A stretch of DNA of 64,000 nucleotides, taken from the sequence record NC_070650.1, one strand, 5' to 3'. A program made the position numbers and the translations under genes. Below, one piece after another: positions 1 to 9,296 of this stretch (positions are counted from its first letter, which is position 1; each line of letters opens with the position of its first letter). The notes beneath the pieces are model-generated. The model saw only the letters and a list, made by a program, of their open reading frames with translations, did no database searches and was not told where the DNA came from.

Positions 1-138
1 TACGAGGTGATTCACCCAATCATCGGTGATGGTCCTGTTTCAGTGACTTCGGTGGAGTATGCCTACGTAGACCGCATCATTAGTTTGATGTTGGGCTCTC
101 AGGTGGATATTACCACATTCTTGACTATCGAGGATTGA
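1..138 (+). CDS. 3' end of a probable virion structural gene (partial)
   Basis: Frame 1 is open from the window edge (YEVIHPIIGDG...FLTIED) to TGA at 136-138, 1 nt before the next ATG. Confidence 0.7.
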   Translation, partial: YEVIHPIIGDGPVSVTSVEYAYVDRIISLMLGSQVDITTFLTIED

Positions 139-139
139 T

Positions 140-1816
140 ATGGCCACGGTACCTAAGTATAAACAAGACGGCATTGGGCTGTTTTGGATGATGAAAGATA
201 TTTATACCGGGCCGAATGGTACCGGGGAATACGTCCCGAATGTTGGGGATGCTATTCTGGATTGGACGGCTGGATGGTTCAAAGTCATCTCCGTTGTCGA
301 TAATATCGCCACCTGGGTTTCTTGGGAGGCTCCCAGCAATAACACATCAGAAGAAGATGTCATGTTCGGGACGGTACCTGCCGTCCCAGGGCAATCCTCA
401 AGGGTGTGGTATAACACTTCTGTAACGCCATATTCGCTGGACTTTGATGCGCGGTTGCGGATATACGGTTCTGGGTTAACCCACTTTAAGATTTTTAAAG
501 GAACTGATATCTCCGCAACTACCGGTAAAGTTATCGGGTATACCATCGATACTGGTGGTGCAAAAGACAGTGAGAATATCCCGTTCGAATTGGTGGGTAC
601 GGATAATATCACCAATATCGCTATTTGGGTCGGTGTAACCGCCTATACGTCAGAAGCCTTAACTGACGGGGATACCGTAACTGCGGTGTACTATAAAGGA
701 GAAATTCCCGCAGGATACCAGACATTTATCATCAAAGATTCTTCTCTGGTACGTACCGGTTCGGCATCCCAGAAAGCCATCCGTAGTCTGGTGTTGAATT
801 CTGCGTTCCTGTCGGATAGTGCGGATAAGCAGTTTGATGTCCCTATGGGCACCACCATTGATTCTCTGGGTATCACCGGGGTAATCACCTACAGCGATGG
901 CTCTACCAGAACACTCACCCCGGATGGTTCCAAATTAACTATTGCGGGCTTTGATGATTTCGCTGCAATGGTTATTGGTCAGCGGATTAGCATCGTTGCC
1001 ACGTATTACTTGGATTCCACCGAACAGTCCGACATCGTACAAACTAACGGCACACGTAACTTCATCACAACAACGTACAGTGCAGTAGTCACTGAAGCTG
1101 ACGGTGCGGCTACAGTTAAACTGTTCGTTGTGCCGAAATGGGTTAGTGATTCCGTCGGCTATAGCCTGGATTACTGGCTGTACCGATTGGACCGTCAGGA
1201 TTTCTACTACGTCACTCCGTTTGTGCAAATGGGAACCAACTCAGCTGATTTCCAACCAAAACTGTATGGTACCCGCCAACGACTGACCGTTGTTATTGAT
1301 TTGAATAACGTCAGTACGACATATAAAGAAATCAGACATTCCCAGACCTTTGAGATTACATTGGCTCAAGATGGTCTGAGTGCTGGAGACCCATGGTTCC
1401 TTCGTTGGACTATTGGCCAGAACCCGGCATATGGTCAAGGTGTTTCTGCCAAATTCAAATTTGGTAGTGTCGGTAACTGGGGTCTTAAAGTGGATTGTGG
1501 GGCAACAACCTACAATCAATGGCTTGATGCGCTGTATTATCGTTGCCAACCACTGTACTACCCAGGCACAGAAACCAAAGCACCAGCGCCTACCCACTTT
1601 AACGTGTACATCAGTGATACCTATCAGGTGGAATATCCGATTTCCCAATGGAACCAGGAACTCACCTTCCAGTCTGGCGGCGTAGAAGGGCAAAGCGCAG
1701 TCATTCAATGGATCTATCGCGATGGCACTACGGGCAATGCACTGTACCTTGGCGCAAGCCCGATGGTTATTCGTCACGTAACGGATTATAGTGATGGCAC
1801 AAGTCTGACCAGTTAA
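140..1816 (+). CDS. Jumbo-phage virion structural protein (probable tail/baseplate), 558 aa
   Basis: Long beta-rich ORF directly upstream of TerL, the position of structural genes in phiKZ-like phages; family inferred from synteny. Confidence 0.65.
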   Translation: MATVPKYKQDGIGLFWMMKDIYTGPNGTGEYVPNVGDAILDWTAGWFKVISVVDNIATWVSWEAPSNNTSEEDVMFGTVPAVPGQSSRVWYNTSVTPYSLDFDARLRIYGSGLTHFKIFKGTDISATTGKVIGYTIDTGGAKDSENIPFELVGTDNITNIAIWVGVTAYTSEALTDGDTVTAVYYKGEIPAGYQTFIIKDSSLVRTGSASQKAIRSLVLNSAFLSDSADKQFDVPMGTTIDSLGITGVITYSDGSTRTLTPDGSKLTIAGFDDFAAMVIGQRISIVATYYLDSTEQSDIVQTNGTRNFITTTYSAVVTEADGAATVKLFVVPKWVSDSVGYSLDYWLYRLDRQDFYYVTPFVQMGTNSADFQPKLYGTRQRLTVVIDLNNVSTTYKEIRHSQTFEITLAQDGLSAGDPWFLRWTIGQNPAYGQGVSAKFKFGSVGNWGLKVDCGATTYNQWLDALYYRCQPLYYPGTETKAPAPTHFNVYISDTYQVEYPISQWNQELTFQSGGVEGQSAVIQWIYRDGTTGNALYLGASPMVIRHVTDYSDGTSLTS

Positions 1817-1908
1817 TGATAATGTGGTGGGTATGCTATCCATTAGTGGGTGGCATACCTGCCCATTATGTATGCTCTTTTCTTTTTTCGGACGCTGAGG
1901 AAGTCATT

Positions 1909-4848
1909 ATGTCTATTTTGTTTGCCAGTGACTGGAGTAAATTCCCCAGAGCCATCCCCGACTATAAAACAAAAAATGAAAGTTTTTTGAAGATGGCTAT
2001 TCTCCTAAACAAAATGGGGATTAAGAACTGTTTATTTCCACTAGCTTTATTGCAACCTGAATTACAAGGCGTAGACCCTCACGATGTTGCTAATTTAACT
2101 GATGAACAAAAAACAGCAATCTTGTTTGAGGTGCAATATAATCCGTGGTATTTCTTTCGCGAAATCGTAAAAATACCACCAAAAGCAGGTAGCAAGCCAA
2201 TAGATTTTAGAATCAACCGAGCGACGCTTGCAACCTATTGGTTGTTCTTTAACCACGTTCGTTCTTATCTGATTCTTTGCCGTCAGGTGGGTAAAGACCA
2301 GCCACTAAACGCACAGGCACGCACTCCAACGGGGTGGAAAAAGAACGGCGACTTAATCCCTGGCGATTTAGTTATTACTCCGTCTGGCCTTCCTAGTAAG
2401 GTATTGGCCACATACCCACAGGGATTGAAAGATGTTTATCGCATTACCCTGGATGATGGTCGCAGTACGTTATGCGGCCTAGAACACATGTGGGATGTTT
2501 GGACAGATGAAAATCAAAACTGGACTACGGTAGATACGGGCGACATTATTAAAAGACTGACTGCCGGTGAAAGTGTTTATGTTCCATTGGCAAGCCCAGA
2601 ACAAACTTCGGATGTGGAATTTATTGTCCCTCCGTATGTTGCCGGTTCCAACATCAATCTTAGTGCGAATATCGTGGAGCTGAACGATGAGTATTTACGT
2701 GGCTCACATAAACAACGTTTGGAACTATTACAAGGCATACTGGATAACAATGCCCTCATCACACCAGAAGGCATCCTACTGGATGTACAAAACGATGAAC
2801 TTCGTAAAACAATTACGTATCTCATTCGTTCTATTGGTGGGGCTGCATACCTTGATGGTTCTATTATCGATGTTAGGTATCACACACCTACCGTGTTGTT
2901 TCAACACCCGTACATGAAAGAATGTGCTGAGGGCATTCTCTCAGTAAATGCAGATAAATTGCGGGTTAGTACAATAGTTCCAGAAGGAAAAACCCAGACG
3001 CTTTGTATCGAGATAGACCATCCAGACCATCTTTACGTAACCGATGATTTTATCGTAACGCATAACACGGTAGGGATGTCGGCGTTAGTGCAAGGGGTGA
3101 TGAAATTCTGGGCGAACAACACCCTGTTTCAGCAGATCACCAAAGATACTAAACTGAAACTGGAAACCATCGATACCATCAAAGAAATCGGTTCATTGCT
3201 TCCATCTTACTTAACGTCGATTAATGTTGAGTTGGATAACCCAGAAAGTAAGACCGAAATAAAATACAGTTTGAAGAATAACCTCTTCAAATCCATGGTG
3301 GGTCGTAACGATAGAAAGGCCGCTAACAACCTGGGTCGTGGTGCGACATCTCCGATTCTCTGGTTTGACGAACCCCCCTTTACTCCGTTTATTGGTGAGA
3401 CAGTCCCGGCGGCCTTGGGGTCAATGTCTGCAGCGGTAGAAGAAGCGGCTAAATCTGGAAACCCGTATGGTGTTGTGTTCACTACGACGGCGGGTAAGAT
3501 TGATGACCGTGACGGTGGTTTTATCTATGGGTTAGTGCAAGCGGCAGCCCCGTGGTCTGAACACATGTATGATTGTCTTGACCGCGATGATCTTATCTCC
3601 ATGATAAGAATGAACATGGCTGACAGTGAATCCGCTATTGCAGTAAATTGCACTTTTACTCATAACCAATTGGGTTATAGTGACGAATGGCTAAAACGCA
3701 AAATTGCGGAATCATCAGGTAGTAAAGAACAGGCTGATATGGACTGGAGGGTTATTTGGGCATCGGGCGGTGCATATAGCCCACTGACCGCAGACCAATT
3801 AGAAGCTATTCGTCAAAGTGAGATGGAGCCAACCCACACGGAAAGAACCAAAGATAACTATTTGATTCGCTGGTATGATGACCCAGAAATGCATGAAGAG
3901 AATTTGCAACAGGGCAATTACGTCCTGGGCATAGACTCCTCAGAAGCGGTGGGTCGAGATGCGATTGCGATGGTTATCACTGATGTCAGGGATTTATCGG
4001 TGGTCGGTGTGGCAACCGTCAATGATACTAACCTTACTCGCTATGCAGTCTGGTTATGTGATTTGTTAATTAAGTATCCAAAAATCACCGGCATCATCGA
4101 ACGTAAATCGAGCGGGGTCGGCATTTTAGACCATCTCCTGTACGTTATGCAAGCTAAAGGAATAGACCCCTTCAAACGCCTGTATAACAAGTTAGTCGAT
4201 GAACAGAATTTGCGCATTGATGAATACAAGGAAGTAAAAGGCACCCCCGTTGCGAGAAGGGATGCGTTCTTCTACGATAAATTCCGTCGAGATTTTGGGT
4301 TTATTACCGATAAGAAATCACGTCAAGAATTGTATCGTGACGTGATGGCTGAGGCGGTTCGTCGAGGGGCGCGTAAACTCCGCGATAAAATGCTGGCTGG
4401 GGAATTGAAGAAATTGGAGATTCGCAAAAATCGCGTAGACCACCCAGAAGGCGGCCATGATGACCATGTTATTGCCTGGCTGATGACCGCGTGGTTTCTT
4501 CTTAACTCCAGACACCATCAGGTCTATGGTATTCCGGCTAATGCAGTATTTGCAAGCATCACGGATAATGGCGGTGATATCACGGAAGAAGACCGTAAAC
4601 TGGGCGAACAAATTGAACAGTTACATGAGGAGATGAACGAAGCATTTACTGAATTACGTAAGACCGAAAACCCATACGCCATTGTGCAGTTAGAACAACG
4701 CATTCGTAATTTAAATGCTAGGATTGGCCAATCAGGTGGGGTTGCAAATAACGTCGATACATTAATTCAGCAAGCTATGTTCGAACGCCGTCGCAAATAT
4801 CTGGACCGAGCAAAAACACCAAACTACTTAGGTCGGTGGAACGGGTAA
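1909..4848 (+). CDS. terL: Terminase large subunit (intein-containing precursor, 979 aa; 722 aa after splicing)
   Basis: Walker A RQVGK|T split by an intein, Walker B ILWFDE, nuclease motifs VLGIDSS and GGHDDHVIAW; start moved to ATG 1909 (GAGG RBS 1897-1900). Confidence 0.93.
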   Translation: MSILFASDWSKFPRAIPDYKTKNESFLKMAILLNKMGIKNCLFPLALLQPELQGVDPHDVANLTDEQKTAILFEVQYNPWYFFREIVKIPPKAGSKPIDFRINRATLATYWLFFNHVRSYLILCRQVGKDQPLNAQARTPTGWKKNGDLIPGDLVITPSGLPSKVLATYPQGLKDVYRITLDDGRSTLCGLEHMWDVWTDENQNWTTVDTGDIIKRLTAGESVYVPLASPEQTSDVEFIVPPYVAGSNINLSANIVELNDEYLRGSHKQRLELLQGILDNNALITPEGILLDVQNDELRKTITYLIRSIGGAAYLDGSIIDVRYHTPTVLFQHPYMKECAEGILSVNADKLRVSTIVPEGKTQTLCIEIDHPDHLYVTDDFIVTHNTVGMSALVQGVMKFWANNTLFQQITKDTKLKLETIDTIKEIGSLLPSYLTSINVELDNPESKTEIKYSLKNNLFKSMVGRNDRKAANNLGRGATSPILWFDEPPFTPFIGETVPAALGSMSAAVEEAAKSGNPYGVVFTTTAGKIDDRDGGFIYGLVQAAAPWSEHMYDCLDRDDLISMIRMNMADSESAIAVNCTFTHNQLGYSDEWLKRKIAESSGSKEQADMDWRVIWASGGAYSPLTADQLEAIRQSEMEPTHTERTKDNYLIRWYDDPEMHEENLQQGNYVLGIDSSEAVGRDAIAMVITDVRDLSVVGVATVNDTNLTRYAVWLCDLLIKYPKITGIIERKSSGVGILDHLLYVMQAKGIDPFKRLYNKLVDEQNLRIDEYKEVKGTPVARRDAFFYDKFRRDFGFITDKKSRQELYRDVMAEAVRRGARKLRDKMLAGELKKLEIRKNRVDHPEGGHDDHVIAWLMTAWFLLNSRHHQVYGIPANAVFASITDNGGDITEEDRKLGEQIEQLHEEMNEAFTELRKTENPYAIVQLEQRIRNLNARIGQSGGVANNVDTLIQQAMFERRRKYLDRAKTPNYLGRWNG
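2296..3066 (+). mobile_element. Intein (257 aa), class-3 signature, degenerate LAGLIDADG remnant
   Basis: Starts DQPLNAQARTPTGW; block B CGLEHMW; block F TLCIEID; ends IVTHN followed by +1 Thr; endonuclease-like block LQGILDNNA lacks the DG. Confidence 0.9.
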
Positions 4849-4904
4849 CTCCATGCTATGGGATGTGCGCCCAAACCCCCCAATATAAGAAGCAGAGGTG
4901 TATC

Positions 4905-5387
4905 ATGGCAATATCGGAGGTAATTGACCAAGACGGCTATCGATTGGAGACGAACCCACACATTCGTCTCCTTGACCCGGCCGGAAATATACTCATCCAA
5001 CTTGTCCCTGGAATTAGTTCTTTGGGTGGTGGGGTTGTTATGGTGCGAGACAGTGCCGGGGATTTTCGTTCTCTCGGGGTTTATATTAATCCCGAGTTTA
5101 CGGACATCGCCCAAGAGAGCAACATTCGCATTTTGGATAGCCTATTTGAGCGCCTACGTCGTGAGACGAAAGCGTTAATTCATATTGCTGCATACGGCCC
5201 ATTTTTTGGTCTGGACCCAGAAGGTCGTCGGCAGGTGCTATATCTGGGTGGGATGGATATTGCTCTGTTGACTATTTCTAAAAGTAAAGTTACTGATGTC
5301 ATGCTACTCGATCCATTTGATTCAGGCAGTCAACATTTTTCTGCGTTGGTTGAACGCATTACGGGAACACTTATTCAGGGCCATTAG
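4905..5387 (+). CDS. Hypothetical protein, 160 aa
   Basis: ATG 4905 with GAGGTG RBS, in the 4836-5387 frame. Confidence 0.7.
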   Translation: MAISEVIDQDGYRLETNPHIRLLDPAGNILIQLVPGISSLGGGVVMVRDSAGDFRSLGVYINPEFTDIAQESNIRILDSLFERLRRETKALIHIAAYGPFFGLDPEGRRQVLYLGGMDIALLTISKSKVTDVMLLDPFDSGSQHFSALVERITGTLIQGH

Positions 5388-5395
5388 GCCGGCAA

Positions 5396-5790
5396 GGGTT
5401 TTGGCCACATAAACCACGGGTGGGGATTACCCCACCCCTTTATGCCGTCGACGGCATAACGGTCCACGTACGGGATTACCCCGTACGTGGACGCCACCCG
5501 AAACACGGTCGGGGCTATGCTGTGTTTTTCATTGGTATTTAATGGCGTGTCCACGGGACACTCATCCGTTACAATCCCACGGGATGGGGTTCTACATACG
5601 TAAAGCCGTATGTGAGAGCTTGAAAAAATAAAATACGCGTAGATGAAAAATAAGGAGACGAACGACTTGGCCCATTCGTCTCCTTGGACGCTCGCAAGGC
5701 GCGAGAAAGCTACATGTAAGGTGAGGGTATCTTCCTTACTGAGGCTCAGCTTTTACCAATCCCGGTTTCAGCTAACGCACATTATACTGC
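5396..5790. repeat. Hairpin/palindrome-dense intergenic region between convergent genes (includes bidirectional terminators)
   Basis: Stems 5418-5437, 20-bp palindrome 5440-5459, 13-bp stem 5462-5492, 5547-5561, 5594-5613, 11-bp stem 5652-5685 and others. Confidence 0.8.
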
Positions 5791-5791
5791 A

Positions 5792-7162
5792 TCACGTAGC
5801 ATAGTGGTTAGCAACCAATGCTCGAATCAATACATAGAGGATTACTGCGGTACGTTCCGACGCCGCTAATGCTGGTGAACGTTCCTTACCGTGACTCGCC
5901 ACAATTGCCGCTGCCATTTCTTTAAGCTGCAACATTGCGGGGTCCGACATTTTCGCTGCCATGTATAACCCTTTCATTCGGGTGATAATAAGCTGCAAAT
6001 CCGTCGTACGTAATCGATTCGATTTGATATAATCAAAAGCATGGATAAGTACCTCATCTAAAAATTGAGGTAACCAGGGTAGTTGCGAGGTCCCGTAACA
6101 TTCAGACATGTGTCCAAGCGTTACTACAAACCGCGGTACTGAAAGGGTGTGGATGGCGTCCGCTACGATGGAGACAAGTTCCGGTCGCACAAAACTATTT
6201 TTATCAGAAATGACCGTATGAATGTACCGTTTGTATTTGGTTAATTCTCGAGTCACGTCTTTAACAATAGCTTCACCATCTACCGTCATTACATTGCTCA
6301 CGGATGTAATTTTAGCATTTGATGCCAGCGCGTCATAGAGAGAGGAAGTTAACCGATTGACCATATCACGTAAACGAGTTTGAATATCGTTAATCATTGA
6401 AATGATACCGGCATCATCTCTAAACGTTTCTATGGTCTTACGATGAATCCCACGGGGTCCGATGATGTCTTCACAGCGTGCTCGCAGTAAAGCCAGCCAG
6501 GTCCCGTATTGTTTTAATGCATAGCGTTTGGTCAAATCATTGAATGCCGCCATTTCGGTTTCACGGTCCGATGCATATTTAAATCGACGGGCTAATAAAG
6601 AAGTCAGCAATTTAAAATGCAGATTCAACAACACGTCGACTTTTGCGGCATGTTTCAATGATTCGGGTAATTTCGAGGTATGGATGGCATGAACCAGATA
6701 TAAACACGATAAGTTATAGGTATCGCTCGATACCACCCAATCCGTGTTGATGGCTTTTAATGAGTGGAGGTCATCCTCTAAAGCGATATCGTCGGTTTGT
6801 AGGATATCATCATACCAGGTTTCTCGGTCTTGATCCGACCACCTAATTTGATACACTCCGAGGAAATGCCCACCAAAGAACTTTACGTGGTTATCATTTT
6901 TGGTGATAAAGCCATTAGTTATACTGCGTAAAGTTTTAACCCACTTCTGGTCAATGGATAACGAGATTAAGTGTTTTTGGAAACAATTAAGTATTGTTCC
7001 GTGACTACCAGGTAATCTGCGGATTTCGATAGTTTCATCGTCATCGATTGCTTCCATCGCTACAGACAACTGATAAAAAGCATTACCTGTTGTTGGGGAG
7101 AAATAAGCATGATGTAAATCTGTTGGCCATCCGCGTTGTTCGATGAGTCCGGAGGTTGACAT
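5792..7162 (-). CDS. Hypothetical protein, 456 aa (alpha-helical)
   Basis: Long minus-strand ORF; start moved to MSTSG at 7162 (AAGGA RBS upstream). Confidence 0.8.
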   Translation of the reverse strand: MSTSGLIEQRGWPTDLHHAYFSPTTGNAFYQLSVAMEAIDDDETIEIRRLPGSHGTILNCFQKHLISLSIDQKWVKTLRSITNGFITKNDNHVKFFGGHFLGVYQIRWSDQDRETWYDDILQTDDIALEDDLHSLKAINTDWVVSSDTYNLSCLYLVHAIHTSKLPESLKHAAKVDVLLNLHFKLLTSLLARRFKYASDRETEMAAFNDLTKRYALKQYGTWLALLRARCEDIIGPRGIHRKTIETFRDDAGIISMINDIQTRLRDMVNRLTSSLYDALASNAKITSVSNVMTVDGEAIVKDVTRELTKYKRYIHTVISDKNSFVRPELVSIVADAIHTLSVPRFVVTLGHMSECYGTSQLPWLPQFLDEVLIHAFDYIKSNRLRTTDLQLIITRMKGLYMAAKMSDPAMLQLKEMAAAIVASHGKERSPALAASERTAVILYVLIRALVANHYAT

Positions 7163-7244
7163 AATGGATTCCTTTTTTACTAAATAGTAAACGCTATACC
7201 ATAACAGGCAAAATATTATTATTGATTCAAAATATCTATGCACG

Positions 7245-7252
7245 TATATTAC
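7245..7252 (+). promoter_or_regulatory. Early-promoter-like motif TATATTAC
   Basis: Matches the phiKZ early consensus TATTAC with an upstream A-run; recurs at 33660, 45681 and 61043, each upstream of an operon start. Confidence 0.65.
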
Positions 7253-7286
7253 TAATCAGACTACTTACCCATGGAGTTATTTTAAA

Positions 7287-7760
7287 ATGACTGACGGAAT
7301 CGAAATGCAATACAGCCTACGTTACCATCAAACTGTCGATGGTAACCTGACCAACTTCGCGGTGTATGATGAATTAACGAATGAAAAAATCATCTCTCTT
7401 ATACCGGACGTGTCATTAGATGACCATGCCATTATTGTGCGCATTAAGCGAAAATACTTTTTTCTAAAGTCGGTGATTTTATTTGACAGCTACCCCCTTC
7501 CGATTGTCGACATCTTGGAACGTTGCATTGATGTTCAGGCCGGCGATTTGTTCTGTGGGTATGGTCGCGTGTATCGCCGGAACAAAAAGAACCCGACGGG
7601 TAAAGTCTGTCAGACTATCTTTTTAGATTCCAAACCGATCGTCAGGCGTGATGGTCAGCTTCGATTTTATTCGATTGGTATCCGTGGCGTAGGTAATATC
7701 GATTTAGAAGCTACAGGGGATATTGATTCCCTGTATGTTCAGTTCAATTCGCTGGTGTGA
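7287..7760 (+). CDS. Hypothetical protein, 157 aa
   Basis: ORF with GGAG RBS, just downstream of TATATTAC. Confidence 0.75.
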   Translation: MTDGIEMQYSLRYHQTVDGNLTNFAVYDELTNEKIISLIPDVSLDDHAIIVRIKRKYFFLKSVILFDSYPLPIVDILERCIDVQAGDLFCGYGRVYRRNKKNPTGKVCQTIFLDSKPIVRRDGQLRFYSIGIRGVGNIDLEATGDIDSLYVQFNSLV

Positions 7761-7798
7761 TAACACCTCAGCGACAGGTTTTCCCGTAATGAAGTTCT

Positions 7799-7826
7799 TT
7801 GGGGGCTCCGTGCCCCCAATTTTTTT
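7799..7826 (+). terminator. Intrinsic terminator
   Basis: TTGGGGGC-tccgt-GCCCCCAA followed by a T-tract. Confidence 0.7.
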
Positions 7827-7851
7827 CATACTCTTTTTTGGGGATCAAAAC

Positions 7852-9273
7852 ATGCAAATTACTCCGTATGCCGAAATTCAGTACTATCATGATGGCCGCC
7901 CTAAATTTAAAGTGGTTGGCTTTGATGAAGAAAAGATGTTCACCACCACCGATAAAATCACTATCGACCAAGCGATGCGTAATGCGGTGCGCTGGCGCAA
8001 TCTGCAGTTGGGGTTGGAGGTTGGTGCGAAGGATGAAGCTACCATTGCCCGGTTTATCAAATCCCTGGAAGAAGACGATAAACCAAAACCCGTTAAGGTT
8101 GAGCCAACCAAACCCAAGACAATCATTCCGGAAGGCGTAAAGGTTACTCAACTTCCCTCCGGCGTAGTTAGAACGAGTGAAGAGTTGGACAAGCGCGGCT
8201 GGAATGATGGGGTCGGGTTTCCCGCAAGCATTCCGTCAGAATCAAAAAAGCAGCGATACAGTGAAGATCTTCCTACTGGCGGAAAGATCATCAAAACAGT
8301 ATCAGCTATATCCATACAAAAGCCGCGTAAAGTTCGTCAGGCTAACGCACCTACGGTAGCATCATTAATCAATGCCCGTAATGCCGAATATCCTTCATTA
8401 CCTGGTGGGGTGAATATCATCCGGTGTAAGGCGGATACTAGCATTCGATTTAGTGTAGCCATACCACCATACATCCCCGGCAATAAAGCTAAAAACCGGG
8501 TATTCCACGTTTCCACTGTGTCAAAATTTACATTATCGCAGTATCGCATGGTGCGGCATATCGCTATTTGCTTTAGGAAAGAGGTGATTGCTGCCTATGC
8601 CGAAAAACGCGAAATCGATTTAGATGCATTTGTGGATGCAAAACGTAAAGTCCTGGAAAATGATTTCCGGTGGCCTTTCACTGGAACGCTTCCTAAAAAT
8701 CCGAGCCTGGTAAAAGGAACGGTTATTGAACCTAAACCCTCACCGCTGGCTTTGCGCAATCGTCGGTTTCCAAATCTGCCATCCGGTTTGACTGTTCGGC
8801 GCATCACCAAACAAGATTCCGATCCGCAGGTTATTTTTCAGGTTAATCTAAACGACCGTAAAACGCGTCAGTTTTATGTCGGGGAAGCAGGTTCATTTAG
8901 CCTGGCTGAGTATCGAGTCATCCGACACGTGGCTATTGCCTATCGAGTCGAATTCCTCGAGGCTAAACTGGAAGGGCGTGAAATGCGGCTGGAGCTGTTT
9001 GAGGACTGGCGTAAGAAAATGCAATTGGGTGAGTTTTTCAAACCATTCAAAGGCACTTTACCACCCAACATCTCCAAGCCTAAAGTGGTTCCAAACGGAA
9101 GTCATGGCGGGGTAACCCGAGCTAATGCGGCGACTAAAGAAATCATTGAATACTTGATGTCCTTTCCGGAATTAGCTCCGGGATTTATTCAACTCGATGA
9201 TTTGTCTGCCGCCAAAATACAGTCCAAGGTAAATGACATTGTGCATAATGCCATTTATCCATATCGCCAATAA
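7852..9273 (+). CDS. Putative DNA-binding protein with tandem AP2-like repeats, 473 aa
   Basis: Two ~100-aa internal repeats (PxLPxG...F.V...YR..RH.AI.(F/Y)R...PFxGTLPxN) plus an N-terminal A.RWRN motif; start moved to ATG 7852. Confidence 0.6.
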   Translation: MQITPYAEIQYYHDGRPKFKVVGFDEEKMFTTTDKITIDQAMRNAVRWRNLQLGLEVGAKDEATIARFIKSLEEDDKPKPVKVEPTKPKTIIPEGVKVTQLPSGVVRTSEELDKRGWNDGVGFPASIPSESKKQRYSEDLPTGGKIIKTVSAISIQKPRKVRQANAPTVASLINARNAEYPSLPGGVNIIRCKADTSIRFSVAIPPYIPGNKAKNRVFHVSTVSKFTLSQYRMVRHIAICFRKEVIAAYAEKREIDLDAFVDAKRKVLENDFRWPFTGTLPKNPSLVKGTVIEPKPSPLALRNRRFPNLPSGLTVRRITKQDSDPQVIFQVNLNDRKTRQFYVGEAGSFSLAEYRVIRHVAIAYRVEFLEAKLEGREMRLELFEDWRKKMQLGEFFKPFKGTLPPNISKPKVVPNGSHGGVTRANAATKEIIEYLMSFPELAPGFIQLDDLSAAKIQSKVNDIVHNAIYPYRQ

Positions 9274-9296
9274 ACAAAATAAGGGGTCTTATCATT

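Noticed and set aside
1816-1908. N-terminal extension of TerL in the ORF track
   Set aside because: It spans a hairpin and T-tract and lacks an RBS; ATG 1909 has GAGG
5643-5804. Short ORF (~52 aa) in the hairpin-rich region
   Set aside because: No RBS, and it overlaps multiple stems and the convergent gene end; treated as non-coding
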